64,000 nt of DNA from Podarcis cretensis (Eukaryota): contig OX638158.1 of assembly GCA_951804945.1 (NCBI GenBank), forward strand, positions 37,448,001 to 37,512,000, in the 5' to 3' direction. A program made the translations under genes and the position numbers. The notes beneath the pieces were generated by a model. The model made no database searches and was not told the DNA's origin. It saw only the letters and a program-made list of their open reading frames with translations. This document shows, piece by piece, positions 11,101-24,079 of the stretch; the first letter of the stretch is position 1, and each line of letters opens with the position of its first letter.

Positions 11101-14100
11101 GGCAACTTGGTCTGTGCTACGGACCAAGATGGAGATTTTTGCCAGAGCGTTTCAAACCTGTAGAAGGCTGGAGTGGTGAAGAATCCACCACCTTCAACAT
11201 GGCTCATACATAGGCAGCTGTAGTTTTGCTTGGGGTTTTCTATTGAGAGTTCGTAGGCATACTAGGAAGGCATTACTACTTGAAGAAAAGTCAGGATTTT
11301 TTTTGTGTGTGTGTAGTGTATGTAGTGAAACCTCTCTTAGAAAATGTTACCTCTTATGGTAAAGGGTGATTTTTTTCGTCTTTTTAATAAAACACCAATC
11401 AATAGTAAAACAATTGCACTCAGGCACTGTCAGGAGAATCTGGGAATGAGCTCAATTAGCTTTTGCACTGTGCGTTTTAAAAAGGTATTGCTTTCATGTA
11501 CAATCAACAATTAGAATGTTGCAGTGTAACTCTACATACTAGCATTGACAGATATGGAGGAAATTTACCTTCTCTCCTGTAGAAGAGGGACGCAGGTGGC
11601 GCTGTGGGTTAAAGCCTCAGCACCTAGGGCTTGCCGATCGAAAGGTCGGCGGTTCGAATCCCTGCGGCGGGGTGCGCTCCCGCTGCTCGGTCCCAGCGCC
11701 TACCAACCTAGCAGTTCGAAAGCACCTCCGGGTGCAAGTAGATAAATAGGGACCGCTTACCAGCGGGAAGGTAAACGGTGTTTCCGTGTGCGGCTCTGGC
11801 TCGCCAGAGCAGCGATGTCACGCTGGCCACGTGACCCGGAAGTGTCTCCGGACAGCGCTGGCCCCTGGCCTCTTAAGTGAGATGGGCGCACAACCCCAGA
11901 GTCTGTCAAGACTGGCCCGTATGGGCAGGGGTACCTTTACCTTTACCTGTAGGAGAAGAAAAGGCCAAGGAGTAAACCCAACACAAATCCTAGGAGTCCT
12001 TGTACATCCAGCTGGTGCCAAATGTATTGCTCTGCTTTCCTTTGGACCACATCAGTGAAGCTGGGTGGGCAGGTCTTGTTGTCTGGGCAGCCCAGGACCT
12101 CCAGACACACTGCCCAGACTTGCGCTCCGGGTAGATCACTTTGGTGCTGCTAACGCAGCAGTTTGACTTCACCCCTGGAGTTTCACTCCACTGTCTCTCG
12201 AGACAGACGGATGCCAAAAACAGTAAATGTGAGTGGCTTGATCAAAGTGCTAAATCTTACATGTAAGTCCATTTTAGCTTCCCCTCTTTTAAGGCATGCC
12301 TTTGCTGAAATGTTTGGAAGAAAGCATTAAAAATACTGTACCATGCTTTTGCTTTGTTTGGGGCTGATGGATTCATTCTATCAGTGTCTAAGGTTGCAAT
12401 CCTAAACACACTTAATAGGGAGTAAGCTTTATTGGACACATTTGGAATTAGTTATGGGTGGACATGCGTAGGATTGTGCTGTAAACCAAGCCTGTGTGGT
12501 ATGAGTGGGAGTGCCATTTTTACCTCCCAAGTGAGAGGTTGCCATTTCTTTTTGACCAAATGTTGCCATGTAAATCCTAACTACCGTAAATATAGTGTTT
12601 TTAAATATTAAATATTATTTGCAAAAAGTATTTGATATAAAAGTTTAGTTAACTCTGCCCTAGATAACAACATAATCATTGCCTATCACTTGTGGGATCA
12701 CCATAGCAACTACGACGTGATCTCTTGAATTTTAGCACATGAATAAAATTGCTAGTTGACAGCATTAAAATGTGTACAAACTTTTAAATTTATAGTCTTC
12801 CTATAGTTTAAGTAGATTACGGTGCATTGTTTTTATGTTAAATGTGTTTACTATTATTTTAAATCTTGGTCTTTTGCATGAGAGAGCTGGAGCGTTTGAT
12901 CCAGCCCTAAGTGTATAAAACACGGCAGCCTTAGTTGTGCATTTTAGTTGCTAATGGTTGCCTGGTTGAACGTTGAGTGATCGGTTTGCAAATAAAATGG
13001 AGGATGCTTCCATTTGAATGCTATATCTGCATTTTAGGTCCCCATACTTCCTGATTCTATTTGCATATAAGGAAAATGTACTGTTAGAAGCAGCTCTTAG
13101 TGATGAAGAATGCCATGTATACAAGTGTCTTTAACAGCTTTTTGATCATGATGCAATTTTTTTCTGATAGGGTTGGTAAATACTTTTAAAAACATGTTTT
13201 TCAACATGTCTGTTTTCAACAATGTTATAATAGTTCGCACCCAACAGCTATTGTTTATTTTCTTTGTGAATTGTTTTCTCGGAGGCATCTTGAAGTTATT
13301 TATGATACATTTACAATATATTACATAAATATTGCATAAATAAAAACAATTTTTAAATTACATATAAAACAATTATAAAGAGTAAGGTAAGCTCTACAGT
13401 GAATATACCATTTGTTCTAAAGTGGAAGTCATAGGAAGGATGCTACCTACCTATTCTTAACGTCCAGCATAAAGGAGGTTGGCAGTTAGCGGTGGTGCAG
13501 GTAGTAATAAGAATTTAATAGGTCAAAAGGAATTGCTGAGCTCATTCCTCATTATTATTCTAATGACATTTTATACCAAATGTGTATTTACAGTAGACTT
13601 ACCTTGTTGGATTGTGCTGATATGATCTATTCAGTCTAGCAGTTATGGTGTGCTTGCAGAATTCAGTGTAGGTGCTTCTTGCTCTCTTCTGTAGCATTAT
13701 AATGCTCTACATGTGAATTAGAAACCCCAGTATTCAGAGGGAACATTTCATCAAGGAGGATGGGAAATCCACTCATTGGCATGTTTCAAAGATTGAGTCA
13801 GCAGTCTGTGCTCATTGGCCTATTTCATAAGTTTCCAACATTGTGTTTCCTGTTTAGAAGTGTTTTCTCTTCACGTAGGGGGAAAAGCACGAAGCCTGCA
13901 AAGAGAGTCATGTGTGGCAGTTGCCAATAGGGAGCTGCCTTATACTTTGGACAATGGTCCTTCTTTCATCTCTTCCATCCATGCTGCCAGGACAAGAACT
14001 TTTGCAGCATTTAGTTTCTGCAGATTACTGGCGTAGCATTATGTATGAACATAAACATGTTCATCTTCCTCATGTATGCATTAGAGGTCATGGTTTAAAA

Positions 14101-17100
14101 CAGTCATATGTGGATCTTCGGGTCTCATACTTTAGCAGTGTCCTGTGCAACTCCAAAATTTGGCACCCCGCACATCTCGCCTTCCATTTTGCATAATAGT
14201 TGCTACACCCCATGTGGCGACTCCAAGGCCTCGCTCCCAGTGTGACCGAACCCGTTGTGCTTCCCTAAATCTGCCTCTGCTTCAATCCAGGAGTTATGAA
14301 GCTGGCTAAGCAGTTTAAATCACTGTCTCTGGTTAATATGTAAGGCTAAGCCAAGCGTCTATAAAATGGAAACTAAATGTTCCAGAGGTGTTCCTCCTGG
14401 CAATGTGGAAGGGAAGGTGAAGGTAGAGTCTGTGAGCTTGAGTTTTTGTTTGGGCTCATTTTACTTCACTCACATAGTTCAGCATTACATACAAATGTGG
14501 CCTAGAGGTAAGTTTCCTTAGCTGTGTTTTGGCACAGTGTCTGAATTGGAGTCTGGAATCTGAATTCTGCAGAAAGATCCTATAGATCAGTATCATACAT
14601 GTATTAAGACGAAGTGCAGACAAACCCAGTGACAGAAGTGATATAGGTTTAAAATGTAAGTTAAAAGTGTTCCAAAAGTCAAAGTGGATAAGTATGGCAT
14701 GTCTGGCATTGAATTAGCAATTATTTGCTTATCATATTCAAAATTACAATTATTGTTTACTACTGCAACTATTGCAGGCACATCCATCTCAATTTATAGT
14801 TTTCATTTGACTCATATTTATGAGTGTTTTGAAAACTGTATTGTTGAAATGCAGTTTTCTTGTTTCGTTCCAGAATATTCTATATTTAGATAGAATGATG
14901 AATTAAAAGTAGTATAAAAAGCAAGGGAATACTATTAATCTCCCCCCCTTTATGTTACAGGGATTTATTTGTCCTCTTTGTATGAAGTCTCATGGATCAG
15001 CTGAAGAACTTTTTAAGCACTATGAAGCAGTTCATGAATCTGGTATTGATACAAGCCAAGGAAGAGAAACTAACATGTCTCCAAACAGGTACTAAGCAAT
15101 ACTAAGCAGTAATAACTTATCATAACGGCATGTTAATCTGCAGTAGATAAATGGTTCAGTTAAATGAAAGGATGAAGGTTACCAGTGTTAGAATCTTCAG
15201 CAGCTTGCATGCTATTCATTGTAGCAGACAAGGTACAATGGGATTTTCTTGTGTATCGTTTGTAAAAACTTGCTAGGCCTTTGAATTGTTCATCACTTCT
15301 TACGATTTTTCTGTGAATGAACTTTTAGTGTACAATTTTTAATATTGATTTATTTTTAATGTTTATTGTTGTTGCTTCAAGACTTTGCTGGAAAGTAACA
15401 CATAAATAAAATAAGTTGCTGCCGTAGCAAAGATGCTTTTCTCTCTATAACATTATATCATTGTTGTAGTAATTATTGACTGTTCTGGTTTCCCCTTTTT
15501 TTTCTTAAAATAAATTTTTTCCTTAAAAGATGTTTTCCTAATGCTTCATGTAGAGAAATGACTGCGTATGCATTTCAAAACTGGATTGCAGTACTAAGTT
15601 GATTTAACTAGGAAGTAAGTCCAGCTAAAGCCAATGCTTAAGTTTGGACTGCATCTTAAGGTACTTATGTTAATAAGTGTAGCATTTCTAAATATGATGG
15701 TTAATATGAAGGGGAGCTAATGGATATATGCTCAACTTGTATCTGGAATTCAGAAGACTAACTGAAAGTAGTTTGTTTGAATATTTCTCAGAGAAATAAA
15801 TGTTATTTAATTTAACTGCAAAAATTTATTTTAACACAAGTTCAAACATTATTTGTCTCCTCTTTAACATGGGATGTTTTCAGAGATGATGTAACACTAC
15901 TACGGCAAGAAGTTCAAGACTTGCAAGCTTCACTTAAGGTTGGAAGTGTGCATTACTTGTGAATGCAGTTCTTTGTTTAAAATTAAAAAGTGCATTAGAA
16001 GATTGCCAAACCTATAAGCTCATAAAATGCTTTTAACTTCCCTTTGCTCAGGAGGAGCGATGGTACTCTGAAGAGCTGAAGAAAGAATTAGAGAAAGTTC
16101 AAGGGCAGAGGCAGCAAGTAATTGCTTTAAAAATACTTGAAGCAGGTTTACCACAAGCAGTTTGTTATCATCCTTGAAATGGAAGATTAAAACCTTTTTT
16201 GTAAGGCACGTGGCCTGATTCAGTTAGTTCCATAACTCATTTACTGAAGTAGTTTAAGAATATTGCATGTGTGTGTGTGTTTATCATTTAATAGATTTAT
16301 TTAATAGATTTATTTAACCTATACCAATAGTGGGGAACCTGTGGCACTCCAGACACTGTTGAACTTAAATCCCCCTGATGGGGAGTTAAAAGTCCAGCAG
16401 CACCTGTAAGTTCACCGGTTTCCCACCCCTGAACTATACAGTAGTAGTGTCAACAATATGACCAGCTACAAAGCTTTCATATTCATATTTTGGGCCTATT
16501 GCACCCCCCCTTCTTAAGTCTTCTGTCCCTTTCCCTCCCATCTTGTTCTCTTTCCTCCCCATGGCTTCCTTTTCCTCCTATCACCCTTTTCTTCTCTATT
16601 GTCTTTCCTCTGCTGATCTTTTCCTTCTACCACTCTTTAATGTAGTGCCAGTTAAGGAAGAATTGCTTAATATGTGCTCTTTTTTTTAATGCACTCTTAA
16701 AACCTGTGAAAACCAGATATGCATGTACTGATCAAAATCCTATTAAAGAGAAACCCGCCCCCTCTATTTTTACTGGGTGATATCCAGCTATGTCATACTT
16801 GGCATTAGGATCATAGAAATCAGTGGACTTGGTTACTTACGTTTATTGATTTCAACCAGCCTACTCTTGAGTATGAGTATTTGATATCACCTACTGATCC
16901 TATCTGCATCTGTCTTCATTTCTCTGGTCGCTTTGCCTCTCTCTGGCAGTTTGAGTTCCAGGTGGGATAAGACCGTGGGGGCTTCATCCTGCAGCTCTGT
17001 CCTTTGATCCTAGCAGAATGAATGCATAGTAACCCAACAAATGCAACTACTTTACAATCTTTATTCATTTCAGTGGAGTCCTGTCAAAGTGAATGGAGAT

Positions 17101-20100
17101 AACATAAAAGCATAGCATTATTTATTGTTCCCTTAGTGTAGTGTGTGGACTCATAGAAGTACTTGTATGTACTAAATAATTTGTCTTGGTAACTTACTCA
17201 TGTGCAGGATTATTCTTAGTCACAACAACTTGGCATTCTATTCTCTAGAGGTAACTGTTGAATTTGATCAATAAAATGTGCTGAATTTAATCAGTTCTTA
17301 ACTTTTGCAACTTAAGTGTGTGGAACTAAATGGCAATATTTTTAAATACCTCTGAAAATTTTCTTTTTTTCTTTTTAAGGAGTCTAAACCTGATGGACTG
17401 GAAACTGCTGCATCTACAGGTAACATACTTTTTTAAACACAGTTTTGTGGTGGTTAAAGAAATGTAATTGTCAAGAAAATGTTATTGCATGATTCACATA
17501 TCTCTTGAAGCATCCCCCCCCCTAATGTCTGCTTCAAGAAAGTGACTCAACCAGCTGTAGTGCAAATATTTCAGTTTGAAGTGCAGCTGACAAATATTCT
17601 AAAATTTTGTTCTCTGCTTTTGTCTGGAGCCATTTCTGTACCTCTAGAAAGTCATGCTGGTTCTGTGTTTTAATTAGAGGAAAGGAGATTACTTTTCTTG
17701 TAAAAGTGTACATGTTCCTGTAGCTTATTCCCTTTTAGAACAATTAATTTTTGCTGCAGCTTATTATAGTTAATGATTTAATAAACCACAATTGCTACCA
17801 GGTTAAATAATTGGGAAACCACAATTAACACACGGTTAATTTGATTAATTTGATGATCTATTTGCTCTGGAAATTACTTGTAGTCCTCCACTTTAGTATT
17901 ATGTTAAAATAAGCAGGAAATCCTTATAATCTAAGTGAGTAATGTGGGAAAATAAATTTAAATAATAGTGCTCAAGATTGCTGTGAGTAAACGTGAAACA
18001 TGCCTGTACTTTGTATGAAAATGCAGCATGTCTGCATAGTTGTTTTGCAATATAACTGGAGTTCCAAAAAAAGTACTTATTTTTTAGGATTTGATTATGT
18101 TAATCATCATTTTTTATTCACACAACAAGATTCTATTTAATGTGAAAAAATGTTATTTTTATCAGTATAGGGGTCTGTAAAACATTACTCCACTTCTGAG
18201 ATATTCAATAAACATGCTTTCTTTTTAGAATTAGAATCATTAGAACAGCAGCTAGAAGAGAGTCATGTAGAAAACTTTAATATTAAGCAGATGAAAGACT
18301 TATTTGAACAGAAAGCAGCACAGTTGGCCACTGAAATTGTGGGTAAGTGTCCATAATTGTTATGCAACACGATACTTGTTTCAGTTTAAATTAAATGAAT
18401 GACCTTTTGTGTGACCTTTCTCTTAACGAGATCTTAAAGCCAAATATGATGAAGAAACAAGCCTTCGACAAGCTGCAGAACAGAAAGTGGCCAGTTTGAC
18501 ACAAGAGCTACAAAAAGAGAGAGGTGTATGCGAAGATTTGAAAACAGAGCTGGTAACATATTATCATGTGATCATGTTTTACTTGTTCTTTGTCCAAATT
18601 GGAAGGGGACGGTTCCAGCTATTGATAATTTTAACTGCATTTTTTAAACAAGCTGTTATTGTTCATCTTTGACAGTGATTTTTTAATGTTACAAAACAAG
18701 GCCCTGATGTAAGAATCTGTTATCTTGCCCTAAACTAAAAAAAAACTAATGAAAGAGGGAAAGAGAAATTGTTGTTAGGAAGTAAGAATTTTGTACTTAT
18801 TTTTTCCCCTGTTTATTAATTTATCATGGCTTTTTTTTTTTTTTACATTCTGTTGCCACATTCAAATTTATTTACGTATGCACAATTAATCAACTACACA
18901 GTGCATTTTCTACCCAGGAAACTATTCCTGAGTACAAAAAGTAACTAGATACAAGTTATTACCCACAGCTGTTGCAAGTTTTAACCTTCATATGACTTTG
19001 AATTTCTCTGAGCAGCTCCAGTAGATGTAGTTACACAGGACTGTAGCAACAAGAGTTGAGTGTAAAGACATCCCAGGAAGTTAAAACCAACTGTCTGGAC
19101 CTAAGAAATGAAAGCTAGATTTGCTGTTCTAGAACTGTTCAAATACAGAAATATTGCACATGATGCAGCCACCATGTTGGTTTTAAGCAGATCTAAATCT
19201 GGCCAGTGCAGTATAGAATATTTTTTGTGTGCTATTAATATCCCCGATCGCAGGTGTCAAGTCAGAAAATTTCTGGCAAACCATATTGAAAATATGCTGC
19301 CAGTCTGATTTCCATAAGATGTATTTGCCATTCTTTCATTTTTCTAAAGCTTCAGAGGCCCGGGGTGGAAGATGTTGCTGTTTTAAAGAAGGAATTAGTT
19401 CAAGTTCAAATGCTGATGGACAAGATGACTTTGGAGCGTGAGAAAGAATCTGAGAAGCTGAAAGATGAGTGTAATCATTTGCGAGCAGAATGTTCAACCT
19501 CAGAGGTAGAGTATCTGGCAAAAAATATTTCTCATGTAAAAATAAATATTAATCTAGGACTCTTTCTTGAGTTCTTTCTTTACTGTATTTTTTTTTTAAA
19601 AAAAACTTTACTAGAATCTGTTATCATTATCAATTCATATCATCTTTGGAAGCCTGTGTGCACTGCTACTTCCAAGTCAATTCCCATTTCACAATATCAT
19701 TTTTATTCTCATTATTATATGGTGATATCTCTAGGCGGGGCTTTTTTGTGACAGTACCCACTGGTACAGAATACTGGCATCTCTCTCTCTCTCTCTCCTC
19801 CCCCCCCCCCTTGGAGCCATTTTCTGCTGGCACCCATGGCACTTTAATCAATATATGAGTACTGGCACCTCATTTTTTAACCAAAAAAAGTGCTTAAGAT
19901 TGTGATGGTCAACTATATGAAAATCTATAAACAAGTTGTCTGTCTAGATTGTTAGTTTTGCATTTATCATATTGTTTATTCAGTGTTTGTGACATGTTCT
20001 TTTTAGTCATCTGTGCTCATCTTCCTCTTGGATTCTAGATACTAAAAATGCTTTATAACTTGATTATATAGGGCAGTGGTTCCCAATTAGCGAAGTATTG

Positions 20101-23100
20101 TGCCCCCCCTGTTTTTCAGAAGCTAAGCCATGCACCCCGTACTTTTGAAAATTTTAATATCTCTTATGGTAGTTTTAAGGGACACAGGTGGCGCTGTGGG
20201 TTAAACCATAGAGCCTAGGACTTGCCGATCAGAAGGCCGGCGGTTTGAATCCCAGCAACGGGGTGAGCTCCCGTTGCACGGTCCCTGCTCCTGCCAACCT
20301 AGCAGTTCGAAAGCATGTCAGAGTGCAAGTAGATAAATAGGTACCGCTCCGGCAGGAAGGTAAACGGCGTTTCCGTGCGCTGCTCTGGTTTGCCAGAAGC
20401 CGCTTAGTCATGCTGGCCACATGACCCAGAAGCTGTACACCGGCTCCCTTGGCCAATAAAGTGAGATGAGCACCGCAACCCCAGAATCAGCCACGACTGG
20501 ACCTAATGGTCAGGGGTCCCTTTACCTTTACCTATGGTAGTTTTAGTTATGTGAATGGTGCCACAGACCGCCTGGGGTCTGCAGACCACCAGTTGGGAAC
20601 CACTGATAGAGAGTATGGGTTGGAAACGTGTGGCTTGTCAGATGTTGTTGGACTCAAACTCTCATTGTCTCTTAGCATTGGTCAGGCTGCCAACAGTATC
20701 TGGAGGGTAACAGGTTCCTTACCCAAAGAGGACTGCCATTGATATATAATGGGCATAAACCAGTATGAAAAAGCAAAACAAATACTCTTTACTCGAAGAA
20801 TGTAAACTGTAGTGGGACTGGGTCCCTGAATTAAAAAGAGTTATCTAAATACTTGCAACTTAATCTTATATATGCTTACTTGGAAGTATGTCCTAATATC
20901 TCCAATGGTAAGTGTGCATAGGTGTTGCAGCCTGATAGTGCAGCTCTCTGTGTTTCCGCTCAGAAGTAAACCCCATTGAATTCAGTGGTATTTAACCCCA
21001 GAATTGCAGCCTAGCCCTGCTAAAAGTACATCCATGAAATTCATGAAATCTGTGTTTAACGGTGTTTAACTAGCATTTATCATTGCTTTCTTTCACCATT
21101 CACCCATCTGTTTTATTTATTTTTTGCTGCTTTCTCATGGAGGTCTTGGAACTTGAGGTAATACTTTAAAAAAAAACAAAAACAAAAATCCTAGCCTATC
21201 ACATTGAGTTCAGTTCTAAAGATCATTTCAATATCTTATTACATCAGGTGGGAACTTACTGTGTATCTGTGTGCAAATCAAAGACATTTCAGCAAACCTT
21301 TTGCAAATACTTTAACAATTCAGCAAAATATTCGGGTAAGTAGATGAACAATGCCACAGAGTGTGATTACAGAGGAAGAAAAACTAAAGGCTGTGGTTAT
21401 TATGTCACATCTGTGGAAGTGTTGGGGGACGTGGCATGGTTTTCCCCCTTCGGTACCTCAGAGCCACCCCTGATTAACTCTCCTTTTTTACTTAAATAAA
21501 ATAAACATGTCCTCTAAGTTTTAAGAAGTGACTTGGAAATTTGACATAGAACCTCGTTTGATATAACATCAGTGGAACAAGAGTCCTGTACTCCTAATTA
21601 TGTCTGAAGGGGGAGAGCAGAACAGCAGTACAGCTGCCGTATCCTGCTGAGTTCAGCCTACGAGTGGAGCATAAAACACACAGCTGGAAAATACAAAAAT
21701 GGCATAATAAGTCACATTATAGCTGCTAATCCTATACATTATGACAGCTTGGATTAGCGTGGCAAGGTCCCTCATGGCCAAGAAGTGTAGCTTTATATGA
21801 ATTTATTGGGAACCTCATTGGGTTGAAGAAAGGGGTGTTAAGTTATAGAAATAAAAGGGCTAGAGCTTATACAAAAAGCGTAGTAGCTAGGAAGCACTCT
21901 ACTATTGCTACTGCTTGTCCAAAGACAAGGTGGGGTACCTGACCACTCGCAAAGCTTGTGTTAAAATGTAGACAGACCAATTCCATCTATCACAAGTAGA
22001 TGTACTTGCTTCGTAAAACCACAAAAAAGGACCATGGAAAGGGACCAGTTGTCCAAAAGTAACCCTGTCTGTAGCGAATGCTTTTATGTTATGGAAAGCC
22101 AGTAGTTTCATCGCGAGCTACATCCTGGTAGCTGTTTTGTAGCCATAGTATATTTGACTGCACACACATGCAAAATAGGTTCATACATGCACACACACCT
22201 TTCAAGGATCTGAGCTCTGTCACCAAATTCTCTTTCTCGTGTTGATAGTAAGCATGCTCCCCCCGCCCCTAGGACACTCAATATTTTTAACTTTCATTTT
22301 TTAAAATAATAACTTATTGTGGTAAAAGAATAAGGGACCTGCATTTCATATGTAAAAGTTAAACACTGATTTAGTAATCAGTTAGTAAAACCTTTTGAGC
22401 TTGATACCATTACATTGTCCTGTATCTATCTATATCAGATAACTATGAAAAAAATTTGCAGACTGCCATCTCCTTTCTGAAAAAATGTTTCTGGTTACCA
22501 CAATAAAATGGGAAACAAAGTTTCCTTCTTATCCTGAAGAAATTGAAAGAAGTGCTACAGGAACAAAGCATCCTCTTCCAGAGATTCTAGATATAATTAA
22601 ATATGCTCAGTTTCTTGGTGGTGATCTAAACTAATAAAAACTCAGTTTCATTAGAATACCCTCATGGAACACACACACACACACACACAGACAGAACCAA
22701 ATATGTGAATTGTTCTTCTATCTTTTCCTTTTTCTTTTTAAGACTACTATAAATCAATTAAGAGCTGAACTTGCCAAAGGACCACAGGAGGTTGCAGTAT
22801 ATGTACGGGACCTTCAGAAGCTTCAAACTTCCGTTAATGAATTAACACAGAAAAACCAGGTAAGAATCCTAGAGCTATTAACTTTATTTGAGAATGTCAA
22901 TTGACACCAAACCTAGCATTTTCAAGTGGTTAGCTAAAATTCTCAACGTTGCATCCTTGGAATTTCAGAGGTGTAGAACTCAGTTGATGAAGCTGGCAGA
23001 AGTAAAATAATTCAGTGGTACAGGTGCCCCTTGACTTTTTTCTTTCTTTCTGTTATTAAAAGAACACAACAAGAAAACAGAGACCATGATACTGTCCCTT

Positions 23101-24015
23101 GGTATTTAAAGGGGAATGCATTTGATTTTGGGGAGAGAGAAAAGATAGAAATTATGAGTTCATATTCATGCCAGCTTTCCCATACTCCCAAGATTTGGAA
23201 ATACATGGCATTGCTGTGATGTTTACAGACAGGTATAGAGATAGTGAAAAATCGTTTGCTCATGTGGGAGCTGTTTGCTCATGTGGGAGCTGTGTGTGCA
23301 GCTGCTATAATTTGTGACAGACCTTTCTTGGGCCGCCACAACCGTGTAAAATGTTCATCTGTGATGTGGCCCTTTTTGCAGCTGCAGCTTCACGTGAGGC
23401 ACTTGTGTGGAAACAAGCACAAACCATACCTGTAGTATAGATATCATTCACTGAGCAGAGCATACTATGCATGTGTTTTAGACTGAATCAGTTGGCCTTC
23501 TTACTTGTTGCATACTTTGTTTTTTATCTCCTCGTAAAAGAATGGTACCGTGATACCAGTCAACGCTTCTTAAGAATTTTAGTTGAGAATAACTTCACAG
23601 CATAATGGAGTAACCTATACTTTAATTTTAAATTAATCTAATACTGTAGAGTCTGGCAGAAAAGTTGAAAAAAAGAGAGTTGGGTTATACTCAATTAGAA
23701 GAAAGTCTAAATGAAGAATTACTTGGCAAAAAAAATCTGCAAGCAACCCTCAATCAAAAGGACTTGGACTGTCAACAACTTCAGGCAAGGCTGTCTGCAT
23801 CTGAGGACTCATTCCAGAGGTTACAGAAAGAATTGGATGAAAGGAGAGAAGCAAGTCAGAAACTTAAGGAAGAATTGTCAGAAGCTGAGACCAAGTACCA
23901 ACACCTCAAGGCCGAGTTCAAACAGCTACAACAACAAAGGGAGGAAAAAGAACAACATGGCCTACAACTTCAAAATGAACTAAATCAGGTAAGATGAATG
24001 TTTTTCACACAGAAG

Positions 24016-24079
<64 letters not shown>

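Noticed and set aside
11545-12058. ORFs shared between the 11.6 kb and 25.2-25.6 kb regions; tRNA-like GGTTCGAATCC motif
   Set aside because: Translations of Sauria SINE copies; the tRNA-like part is a SINE head, not a tRNA gene
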